From positions 448,001 to 512,000 of the forward strand of contig CAWHDR010000001.1 of NCBI GenBank assembly GCA_963828165.1: a stretch of 64,000 nucleotides of DNA, written 5' to 3'. The stretch is from an uncultured Chloroflexia bacterium (lineage in GTDB: Bacteria > Chloroflexota > Limnocylindria > Limnocylindrales > CSP1-4). Position 1 is the stretch's first letter; every line of letters starts with the position of its first letter. Positions 1 to 7,989 of this stretch are shown here, in pieces. The notes under the pieces were generated by a model that had not been told where the DNA came from, searched no databases, and saw nothing but the letters and a program-made list of their open reading frames with translations. The position numbers and the translations under genes were made by a program.

Positions 1-1
1 C

Positions 2-352
2 GACGGCATCCAGGCCGTGGCCGAGACGCTGGTCATCTACGACATCGTGCAGCCGACCGAGGAGGCACGCGAGCTCACCCGGATCCTGGCGGATCAGTCG
101 GTGGAGCTGCTCGCGGCGCTGCGCAAGCTCGATGGGCTCAAGGACGTGGATGCCCACCTCGTGCTGGTCCATGACCTCGAGCATGAGGCCGACGGCCTGT
201 CGCGGGCGGCGATCGGGCGGCTGTTTCGCGATGGGTCGGCGCCGATCGACGTCATCAAGTGGCGCGACCTGTATCGCGAGCTCGAGAACTCGATCGATGC
301 AGCCGAGGATGCCGCCGAGGCGATCGAGCGGATGTTCCACAAGGCGACCTGA
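2..352 (+). CDS. DUF47 / PhoU-like phosphate transport regulator (5' partial)
   Basis: Motifs LEHEADGL..LF and IKWRDLYRELENSIDAAEDAA are typical of DUF47; frame is open to the window edge. Confidence 0.85.
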   Translation, partial: DGIQAVAETLVIYDIVQPTEEARELTRILADQSVELLAALRKLDGLKDVDAHLVLVHDLEHEADGLSRAAIGRLFRDGSAPIDVIKWRDLYRELENSIDAAEDAAEAIERMFHKAT

Positions 353-382
353 AGGACCGTCAGGCAGCCATCCCGGATCCGC

Positions 383-1078
383 CTAGGACGGACGCCGGAA
401 GACGTAGCCCACGCCGCGAACCGTGTGGATGAACACCGGATTGCCGGGATCCTCCTCGATCTGGCTGCGCAGCCAGTGCACGTGCACATCGACCGTGCGT
501 GTCTCGCCGGCGTAGTCGTAGCCCCAGACCTTCTCGAGCAGCTGGTCGCGGGTGAAGACCTGGCCCGGATTACGGAGCAGGAACGCGAGCAGCTCGAACG
601 CCTTGGGCTTGATCGGCAGGGTCACGCCGTCGCGCAGGAGTCGATGGCCGCCGAGATCCGCCTGCACGCGGCCCAGGTCGACGATCGTCGGCGGCGACCC
701 GACCGCGAGCGCGGCTTCCGAACGCCGGAAGAGGGCTCGGATCCGCGCCGTCAGTTCGCGCAGCGAGAACGGTTTCGTGACGTAGTCGTCCGCGCCGAGC
801 TCCAGCCCGACCACCTTGTCGAGCTCCGAATCCTTCGCGGTGAGCATCACGATCGGGGTGCCTGACTCCGCGCGGATGATCCGCATCACCTCGATCCCGG
901 AGAGCTCGGGCAGCATGAGATCGAGCAGGACGAGGTCCGGGCGCTCCCCCCGGAACTGCGTCAGGGCCTCGCGCCCGTCCCCTGCGGCAACGACTCGGAA
1001 TCCGTCCGACTCGAGCGCTTCGACCAGCGTCTCGCGCAGCGTCGGTTCGTCTTCGACGACCAGGATCGTTCGTGCCAT
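383..1078 (-). CDS. OmpR/PhoB-family response regulator (PhoB/RegX3-like)
   Basis: Receiver VEDE..LLDLMLP..GADDYVTKPF; winged helix TRTVDVHVHWLR..TVRGVGY; next to DUF47. Confidence 0.95.
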   Translation of the reverse strand: MARTILVVEDEPTLRETLVEALESDGFRVVAAGDGREALTQFRGERPDLVLLDLMLPELSGIEVMRIIRAESGTPIVMLTAKDSELDKVVGLELGADDYVTKPFSLRELTARIRALFRRSEAALAVGSPPTIVDLGRVQADLGGHRLLRDGVTLPIKPKAFELLAFLLRNPGQVFTRDQLLEKVWGYDYAGETRTVDVHVHWLRSQIEEDPGNPVFIHTVRGVGYVFRRPS

Positions 1079-1087
1079 CCACCGCTG

Positions 1088-1144
1088 AGCATAGCCGGGC
1101 GTGTTAACTCGGGCGTGTTAACGACTTGTTCATGCGTTGTCAAG
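1088..1144 (-). promoter_or_regulatory. Regulator promoter: -10 TATGCT plus PHO-box-like direct repeats
   Basis: CGGGCGTGTTAAC x2 (1096-1108, 1110-1122); GTTAAC/GTTCAT/GTCAAG at 11-bp period (1117, 1128, 1139), like actinobacterial GTTCAC PHO units. Confidence 0.55.
1119..1126. repeat. Candidate left att core TAACGACT
   Basis: Identical to 7471-7478; extends to 17/22 identity (1119-1140 vs 7471-7492). Confidence 0.6.
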
Positions 1145-2109
1145 CGTTGCACACAATCTGGGGAGAGCGTGGTAGCGCCTGCATTTAGCAGGGTCTCAAC
1201 AGGGCGATACTCGGATTAGGTGTTAACGTGGGTTCGGTGGACTAGTAGGCCTAATAGGCCTACGTAGTACATGAGGTGGCCATCGTGCGCACGGCATACT
1301 GCGGGGGGTATGCGTGGATCGCCTTGCGTAGAAGACGCCCCCGCTACTCTGGCAGATGTCAGTCAACCGGAATAGCAAAGGCGTCTCCTATGACTCTACA
1401 ACGACCGGCGGTCCAACGCCATGCCATGTTTGAGATCCACGTCATCGCCCCGCCAGGTCGCTATCGCGATCCTGGCTGTCGCCATTTGGCTTCGCCGCCG
1501 GGACGGGGCTAGGGCTCTACTTTTTGGCGCAGTTATGGGGTGTAAAACGAATGCCGAACATCGTCTACCAGTGCCGCAAATGCGGAATGAGCATCGACGC
1601 TGACGAACGAGCGTCCTGGTGCGAAAAGATGTCGGGATCAGGACCGGCGGCAGCATCGACATCAACGCTAATCGACAGGATGAGGAAGTCGCCCACAAGG
1701 GCCATGAGGGCTATGGACGGCGCGGGGATATCGCGTTGTCAGCGAGGGGCCTCTGCGGGAAATCGTGCCCTAGGTCTGCGCCGAAGGGCTCGTAGGGTGA
1801 TTGGACTCGTCGGCCGTTTCGCGGGCCTCTTCCGTCGATATTTCACGCTAGGGCACGGCTCACTTAGGCCCCCTGATTTCGGAGACTGTCGGTGCCGCGA
1901 TAAGGGCGGATTTGGGGGGTACTTTTGTGCGGGGCGTGGTCCGCTCGGGCGGCCGGGTTGCCCTCCGCTATGTCCTCAGAGATAAGGCCCGATTTCGCGG
2001 ACTGTCGCCCTAACTAGAACAGCGGCGGGACGGCAGCATCGCAGGTCAGAAAAAGCAAGAGAACGATGGCCGCTACCAGGACGACGGTCGCCGGCCGGAC
2101 CCTCATCGG

Positions 2110-2229
2110 TCAGAGCCCCGGCGGCGGGGCCGCCTGATGCACGGGCTGCGTCAGCCACAGGATCACGAACAGGACGATCCAGAACGCGATCACCGACGCG
2201 ACGACGGCTACCAGTGCCCTCGATTTCAT
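2110..2229 (-). CDS. 39-aa single-TM peptide (not in ORF track)
   Basis: MKSRALVAVVASVIAFWIVLFVILWLTQPVHQAAPPPGL*; ATG overlaps the upstream stop (TGATG). Confidence 0.65.
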   Translation of the reverse strand: MKSRALVAVVASVIAFWIVLFVILWLTQPVHQAAPPPGL

Positions 2230-2501
2230 CAGCCCACCTTAGCCGCCTGCCATCGCTCGAGCGTGGCCGCCACCACGGAGACGATGCGGCAGCGGTAGTC
2301 CTGCATCACAAGGTCGATATCGGCGGGCACGAGCCGGGCGACGATCTCCGCCTCTAGCTCAATGATCTCGGCATCGTTGTCCACGATGCCGCCCAGCACT
2401 TCGGCCAGGGACGCATCCTCGAGCGCATCGGTGTAGAGCATGTCGAAACCTACTAGCGGCGCGATGTGACGGTGCGCCTCTCGTGTAGCCTCCGAGGGCA
2501 T
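2229..2501 (-). CDS. Hypothetical protein (90 aa, acidic, helical)
   Basis: MPSEATREAH... preceded by GGGAGGG SD; coupled to the downstream peptide. Confidence 0.65.
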   Translation of the reverse strand: MPSEATREAHRHIAPLVGFDMLYTDALEDASLAEVLGGIVDNDAEIIELEAEIVARLVPADIDLVMQDYRCRIVSVVAATLERWQAAKVG

Positions 2502-2571
2502 GATGATGCCCTCCCGTCTCCCGAGGAAACAAGAGGGCAAAAGGTACGGCGTGTCGATACGTGCTGGGCGG

Positions 2572-3810
2572 CTACTCCAGGACGCCGGAGCGCGGCGTGT
2601 TGCGGGGGTCAAAGGGCTTCGGCGGCTTGGGCGGCCTGAGCAAGGCGCCGGCCTTCGCCGCTTCCGCTGCGGCCTGACCCGCCGCTACGCCTGCGGCCGT
2701 CGCTGCGGCCGCTGCGCCTGACACGGTTCCCACCACTGAGGCAGGCGATAGCGTCGCCGGCGGGCTCGACGGCGCCGGGATGCTAGGGCTCGGAGGAGGC
2801 GACGCGGGTGGTCGCGCGAAGAGGCCGGGGACGGTCCCCATCTTCGGCAGTTCCGGCGGACCGGCTTCCTTGCTGGCCGGCGACTTGCCGGCGAACAGCT
2901 CCTGCGTGACTTGTCGGATCGAGTCCATCCCGTCGAGGATGCTGGAGCGGAGGTCGCCACCACCGCCTTGCGTGGTCGCCTCCTGTACTCCCACTCCCAG
3001 ACGGGATAGCCCGCCTTCGTCCTTTCGGTAGTCGAGGCGCCTGCGCCGCTCTGCGGCCTCCAGGCGCTGGCGGTACTCCTCCACTCGCGTCGGGCCGAGC
3101 GTTCTCACCGTGCCGTCCGCCACGAGGGCGAGTAGGTCGTCGGGGGAGATCGGCGTATCGAGCATCAACGGATCAGCGGAGCCGGCGTTGATGGCGCCCT
3201 GATCCACAAGGGCCGCGTTGGCGATGGGTCGGATGGAGGCGTTGCCCTTCTCGTCGGTGAGGCGATCGACCAAAAGCGAGAACACCGCCAGCCCGTCGAT
3301 GACGCCAGCAAGCGGGTCCATCTTCCAGGGGTTCGTCTCGGTGAAGAACATCTGGCGCGTTGCCGGGTCGATGACGCCATAGCGGGTTTGTCCGGTCGCG
3401 GGGTTACGGAACACGTAGCCGGCCGCTTCGCCGGGGGCGATCGCGGGCGAACCGTTATCAAGGCCAGCCCGAAGGGTGGCCGCGTCGATATCGCTCGGTG
3501 AGATGGCGCGGTACTCCTCGCCGGGAATGACGAGGGCGGCAGCCCTGACGGGCTCGCCCTTCAGGTACACCACGCGACGCTCGCCGTTCACGACGCTGAT
3601 GGAGGGCTGTAGCGAGTCGTCGAGCCCTAGGCCGCCCGCAGGCCACTGGATGACCTCGAGGGGGCCGCCGACCTCTTTCTGGCCGTAGTAGGCCCGTCCA
3701 GAGGTCAGGGCCTCCAAGTCGGCCCTTAGTTGCGTCGCGCCGGCCGCCGAGTTTGCAGCGTCAGCCGTGACGACGCCTTCCCCGGTATTCGGAGGTGGCC
3801 TCCCGAACAA
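2572..3810 (-). CDS. Hypothetical, possibly C-terminal part of a phage virion-associated protein; Pro/Ala-rich tail
   Basis: 412-aa ORF with protein-like composition; weak TTG start with an in-frame stop just upstream. Confidence 0.55.
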   Translation of the reverse strand: MFGRPPPNTGEGVVTADAANSAAGATQLRADLEALTSGRAYYGQKEVGGPLEVIQWPAGGLGLDDSLQPSISVVNGERRVVYLKGEPVRAAALVIPGEEYRAISPSDIDAATLRAGLDNGSPAIAPGEAAGYVFRNPATGQTRYGVIDPATRQMFFTETNPWKMDPLAGVIDGLAVFSLLVDRLTDEKGNASIRPIANAALVDQGAINAGSADPLMLDTPISPDDLLALVADGTVRTLGPTRVEEYRQRLEAAERRRRLDYRKDEGGLSRLGVGVQEATTQGGGGDLRSSILDGMDSIRQVTQELFAGKSPASKEAGPPELPKMGTVPGLFARPPASPPPSPSIPAPSSPPATLSPASVVGTVSGAAAAATAAGVAAGQAAAEAAKAGALLRPPKPPKPFDPRNTPRSGVLE

Positions 3811-4027
3811 ACTCCCGCCGCTCGGCCGCCTCTATCAAGAGAAGGATGCAGTGGTGCTAACTAACGGGATCAGGGGCCATGTTGCCTAGCACTTCCGTGC
3901 ACAGATGACGGCCGCTCGGGGCTCGATAGCCCCTGATAATCGGCCGCTATCGGTGCCTGTTCGCCTGCCCTGTCTAGGGCCAGGCTCACGCGTTACGTGC
4001 GCGATCGCGTCTGCGTGCGCGTAGGAC

Positions 4028-4135
4028 TCAGCCCTGCGTCTGGATCGCGGCGAGAGCTTGGTACGCCAAGAACCACAGCACGACGATGGCGAGGGCCAGG
4101 ACGATGATGATGACCGTAGGCCTTCGCCCGATCAT
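4028..4135 (-). CDS. 35-aa single-TM peptide (not in ORF track)
   Basis: MIGRRPTVIIIVLALAIVVLWFLAYQALAAIQTQG*; GGAG SD upstream. Confidence 0.65.
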   Translation of the reverse strand: MIGRRPTVIIIVLALAIVVLWFLAYQALAAIQTQG

Positions 4136-4146
4136 GTGGTGCTCCG

Positions 4147-4242
4147 TCAGGTAAGCAGGAGGATCAGTGCCACGAGGGCCAGGACGCCCAGCACGCCCAG
4201 CACCGAGACGATGACGATGACGGTGGCAGTTCGACCGCTCAT
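4147..4242 (-). CDS. 31-aa single-TM peptide (not in ORF track)
   Basis: MSGRTATVIVIVSVLGVLGVLALVALILLLT*. Confidence 0.6.
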   Translation of the reverse strand: MSGRTATVIVIVSVLGVLGVLALVALILLLT

Positions 4243-4291
4243 CGACAGACTCTAACGCCTCGGTGTAGCAGCTCGCGCCACGTTGCGCGGC

Positions 4292-4447
4292 TTACGAGGT
4301 CGCATCGGGCGCCTTCCTTACCACGACTATCGGAGAGGTCAGCCATTCGGTGTGGCGATGCCATCGGCAAGCGCCTCGTGTCAGCCTGTGGACTGGCCGC
4401 AGCTCGTTGCAGATGACACATCGACGCAGGGCTTGACGCTTACGCAT
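4292..4447 (-). CDS. 51-aa basic Zn-finger-like protein (not in ORF track)
   Basis: MRKRQALRRCVICNELRPVHRLTRGACRWH...; ATG overlaps the rep stop (TGATG). Confidence 0.55.
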   Translation of the reverse strand: MRKRQALRRCVICNELRPVHRLTRGACRWHRHTEWLTSPIVVVRKAPDATS

Positions 4448-5160
4448 CAGAACGGAAGATCCTCAGACGAGGGACACGTCGGGAAATGGAATGCGCCACC
4501 CTCCAGGTCGGCTGCCCGCTCGCCGATGATCGGCTCGCCACAGTTGCTACACGTCGGAGGGAGCGGAGCGGCGGTAGCCGCGGTAGCGACCGTCTCCACC
4601 CTCATCGACGAGTCTGAAGTTCGCGAAGCGAACGAAACTATCTCGCTCTCTCGCTCGCTCTGTTGCTCGCTCTCTCTCTCGCTCTCTATGTGTCCCGGTT
4701 CGTGCGTGATTTCCGCAGATATTCCGGGGCTTTCCGGGGTTGCGCCCGGAGGTGCGAGTCGCTTTCGCTCTCGATCCTTGGCTCTCCGGCGCTCCGACAC
4801 GAGTTGCCGCAGCAGTTCGTCCTGCTTCCGCTCCTCGGCCGGCGCCATCGGGTTCCACATCCGCCACTGTGGGATGACCAGCGTGCCGTTGCGGTTCACC
4901 CTGACGAGATCCGACGCGATCAGGTCCTCCAGGTAGACGGAGTACTCGCGGAGGGCCGCTTCCAGGTATTCGCGGCCAAGCCACACGCCGCGCACGCGCT
5001 CGAGGAATGCGGCGATGAGGGCGTACACGAAGGCGACACGTGCGCTGTCGCTCGGCAGTCCGAGCCACTTCGGATTGTCCCGCAGAAACACGTACAGGCG
5101 GAGCCAATCGGTCGTCTTGTCGGGGCGCTCTCGCGGCGGGCTCTCGGTCGGTTCAGTCAT
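4447..5160 (-). CDS. Phage replisome-organizer / replication initiator-like protein
   Basis: N-terminal WLRLYVFLRDNPKW..L..SAR, W..WN, ERRRAKDRERKR, ESERESE linker, C-terminal CxxC..H..C and DLPF tail. Confidence 0.65.
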   Translation of the reverse strand: MTEPTESPPRERPDKTTDWLRLYVFLRDNPKWLGLPSDSARVAFVYALIAAFLERVRGVWLGREYLEAALREYSVYLEDLIASDLVRVNRNGTLVIPQWRMWNPMAPAEERKQDELLRQLVSERRRAKDRERKRLAPPGATPESPGISAEITHEPGHIESERESEQQSERESEIVSFASRTSDSSMRVETVATAATAAPLPPTCSNCGEPIIGERAADLEGGAFHFPTCPSSEDLPF

Positions 5161-5341
5161 GGGCGGTTCGTCCTGTATGCGAGGGGTAGGCTCCGCTCGC
5201 CCGCATACGACGAGCGGAGCCTGTTTCGCCGGCGGAGGCTACAAATCCGCACGCCGACGTGGAACGCGCAGCGGATCAGCCAACGGGCAGGGGTACGGGG
5301 ACCGGGAGTAGCTTCGGCCCCTCGCACTCACTTCCAGAAAA

Positions 5342-5896
5342 CTATGCAACGAACGTCGGCCGCCACAGTTCGCGGCGGCCTTCTTTCGGGTCCCCGAGGT
5401 CGAACAGGTCCCCGAGGTCGTTGATGTCGAGGAGCCGGCCCACGTTCGCTTGATCTCGACTCACGGTGGATTGCCTGACGCGGAGAACGGCGGCAATCTG
5501 TCCCTGCGAGCCGTAGGGAGTGGCGAGCCAGGCGGCCGTCTGACGCTCGCCCGCACCTAGCGATTGCACGAGGTGCGCCCGCCAGAGGAACCCGATCATC
5601 GGCGCGTAGTCGTAGGTGCCGTCGTCGGGCTCGTCGGAGACAACCCGGACGATGCTGTCATCTGGCGTCTCAGCGATGGCCGACAGGGGTATGGCCGGGT
5701 CGTCCAGCTCCGAGTACGTGATGCCGATCCCACCGAGGTAGGCGCGCATCGACTGGGGAAAGAGTCGAGCCGCCTTGATGTAGTTCAGGTTGCGCTCGTC
5801 GCAGGCCAGGCACTCGCCGGAGGTGGGCGGGACCTTGCAGTCCGCGGTCGGGCAGACATGGCAGCGATGGCGGAGATCCCGACCGATGCGGGTCAT
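5342..5896 (-). CDS. Zn-finger plus sigma70 region-4-like HTH protein
   Basis: CHVC..C..CLAC N-terminus; SQGQIAAVLRVRQSTVSR HTH. Confidence 0.6.
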   Translation of the reverse strand: MTRIGRDLRHRCHVCPTADCKVPPTSGECLACDERNLNYIKAARLFPQSMRAYLGGIGITYSELDDPAIPLSAIAETPDDSIVRVVSDEPDDGTYDYAPMIGFLWRAHLVQSLGAGERQTAAWLATPYGSQGQIAAVLRVRQSTVSRDQANVGRLLDINDLGDLFDLGDPKEGRRELWRPTFVA

Positions 5897-6168
5897 GCCG
5901 ACTTCCGCGACTGCGCCGACTTTGCCGCCAAGCGGGCGAAGTGCGCCCGTCTCAGGAACTCAGCACGGCGGGCGCGCTCGAGCTCGGAGAGGTCAGGAGG
6001 GAGGATCGTGGGCGGGCATACCGCGCACTCGTGGCCGACGAGAAAGGATCTCCGATACGCGTCTCTGGCGGGCGGCGTGATGGCCGTGCCGCCGTACCGT
6101 GCGGCCGTGGTGAGGCCGCCCAGGCGGCCACGTGCCGCCATGCTGGACGATTGGCGCTCGGGCGCCAC
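5893..6168 (-). CDS. Hypothetical protein (start uncertain)
   Basis: Stop overlaps the next ATG (ATGA); contains HECAVC. Confidence 0.45.
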   Translation of the reverse strand: MAPERQSSSMAARGRLGGLTTAARYGGTAITPPARDAYRRSFLVGHECAVCPPTILPPDLSELERARRAEFLRRAHFARLAAKSAQSRKSA

Positions 6169-6484
6169 TAGTGGGCCAGGGCGGGTACCGATGAGCCTGC
6201 GGCGGCAACAGGGTTGGGGCGTGCGCCCATGGGCGTTTCTCCGGTTCGGGATGCGGGGTCACAGGGCTAAATGGTAGCCCGCTCGTATGCCCAGGGCGGC
6301 CGATTTCGGGCCGCTCGTGATGATCGGCTTGATACGCATTGCGACACAGGATGTCGAACCGGTTATCCACGACCGCCCGATGGATTAGGGTGGAACTCGT
6401 GGGTTCCGAAAGCCGCCCGATCCATCGGGCGCTTGTAGTAGTAGGCGTCGAGGAAGTAGGCAGCATGGCCCAGCCGCCAAGGGC

Positions 6485-7412
6485 CTATTCCTCGGCGTAG
6501 AGGCGGTCGTACGCGTCGCTCGCGCGTTCCCACTTCGCGGCCTTGCCGTACCGCTGGACCATCTTCGCGTTCCGCCAACCGCCGAGGGCCATGAGGATCT
6601 CGTCGGTGGCGCCCTTCGCCTTCAGGTCGTGGGCGAACGCGTGGCGCAGTTGATGCGGAGTCACGTGTCCGACCCCGGCCATTCGCCCGCGACGTTCCAC
6701 CATCGCGCCGAGCGCGGCGATGGAAAGGGGCTGGCCCTGTAGTCCGACCCACAGGCGCCCGGACTTGCCGGCCTTCGACTTGCGAGCCTCGATGTAGCGG
6801 ATCAGCGCGACCGCGGCCTCGGGCGAGAAGCGCGCCCGGCGCGGGTCGCCTCCCTTGCCGCGTCGGATCAGCGCCCGACCCGCATCCGTGTCGATGTCCT
6901 CGAGCATGAGCATCGCGCACTGCGCGCGACGCATCCCCGAGCTGCGGAGCACGAGCAGGATGGCGAGGTCGCGCCGATCGAGGAACGTCGGCGGCTTGTG
7001 CTTGCGGCATGTTGCCAGCATCCGATCCAGCGCGGCATCCGACACGAACGGGCGCCCCGCATCGTCCTCGGGAACGACGATCGGCTTGATGCCCTTCATG
7101 GGCGAGTCCTTCAGCTCGCCCTCTGCCACGAGGTACGAGAACCAACCCCGTAGCCCCTGATAGCGCAGGCGAGCCGAGGCCGGCGCGTAGGGCAGATTGA
7201 GGAACTCGCGGACGTGCTCGGCACTGATCGCAGCGGGCGCCGTAGGCATCCCCTGCCCTGTCAGGAAGGTCCCGAACATGGCGCAGCGTGCCGAGGTAAC
7301 TACGAATTGTTCCGGGGCTCTTGCCCTCCTGTCGGAGCGCACGCTCGCAGGACAGCATTCCGGCGCCGAAGTCTCCCGATACGCCTTCAGGTGTTAGCAC
7401 CACTTGAGCCAT
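6485..7412 (-). pseudogene. Tyrosine recombinase/integrase with a +1 frameshift at ~7280
   Basis: Catalytic GMR, RGKGG, HQLRH, LGGW, MVQRY are in the 6485-7279 frame; N-terminal EGKSPGTIRSY segment (7281-7412) is in another frame. Confidence 0.85.
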
Positions 7413-7470
7413 AGCAGCACCCATTAACAGGGGGTGTTCGTGCGTAGATGCACGAACTGAAAGCATACGC

Positions 7471-7478
7471 TAACGACT
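7471..7478. repeat. Candidate right att core TAACGACT
   Basis: Direct repeat of 1119-1126, ~60 bp upstream of the integrase start. Confidence 0.6.
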
Positions 7479-7513
7479 CGTTTGCGCGGTGTTCACTCGA
7501 TCGCGATCGCCGG

Positions 7514-7930
7514 TCAGCGTGATGCCTTCAACCGCTCGGGGAGCTCCATGTAGTACTCGACGAACTCGACGCAGCGGCCGTCGTCGTCGAATCGGAGCGT
7601 CCACAGGTTGAAGTACAAGTCGCGCAGCGAGCCGTCCGGATTCGTGTATCGGCTCTCCCCGATCGCCACGGCTCGGTCGCCGTCGACGGCGTACGGCTCG
7701 TAGTGGGCGGTCCAGCTGTCGGGATCGTCGAGGCTGCTGGCGTCGCCCGATGGTTCCGTCCAGGCCTTGACGATGGCCTCGCGTCCGTTCACGGCCTCCG
7801 GGTCATAGGGGTGGTACTTGTACGTGGCGTTCTCGGCGAACAACTCGCCGATGGCCTTCGGGTCGTACGTGCGCCAGGCCTCGACGTATCGATCGAGCCA
7901 GTCCTGCACAGCGTCGCGGCTGATGCTCAC
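7514..7930 (-). CDS. NTF2/SnoaL-like family protein
   Basis: WLDRYVEAW..LFAENATY..GREAI..FDDDGRCVEFVEY; GAGGAGG SD before GTG. Confidence 0.85.
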   Translation of the reverse strand: MSISRDAVQDWLDRYVEAWRTYDPKAIGELFAENATYKYHPYDPEAVNGREAIVKAWTEPSGDASSLDDPDSWTAHYEPYAVDGDRAVAIGESRYTNPDGSLRDLYFNLWTLRFDDDGRCVEFVEYYMELPERLKASR

Positions 7931-7989
7931 CGGGACCTCCTCATCCGTATCTTCGGGCGCAGCTTCGCTCGCGTTCCTGACAGGGAGTG

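Larger units (their letters stand above)
1119..7478. mobile_element. Integrated phage-satellite / cryptic prophage-like element (~6.35 kb)
   Basis: Tyrosine integrase at right end, phage-type replication protein, orphan small ORFs, visibly less GC-rich intergenic DNA, TAACGACT direct repeat at both ends. Confidence 0.8.

Noticed and set aside
3832-3910. TATCAAGAG..GGTGCTAA..AGATGA, resembling SAM-I riboswitch ends
   Set aside because: Lacks the GAGGGA/GGCCC/GCAACC core and P1 pairing; no sulfur gene downstream
6371-6431. Hammerhead ribozyme (three stems plus GAAA)
   Set aside because: No CUGANGA core on either strand
3850-7404. 12-bp inverted match AGTGGTGCTAAC (3850-3861 vs 7393-7404)
   Set aside because: A match of this length is expected by chance in 6 kb, and one copy lies in coding sequence
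6363-7466. 367-aa ORF overlapping the integrase
   Set aside because: Only 7281-7412 looks real (integrase N-terminus); the rest is out-of-frame read-through
1119-7478. Inovirus or complete prophage call
   Set aside because: No Zot/pI ATPase, HUH Rep, capsid, portal or terminase is recognisable
1080-7510. tRNA/tmRNA integration target
   Set aside because: No T-arm or cloverleaf sequence at either boundary
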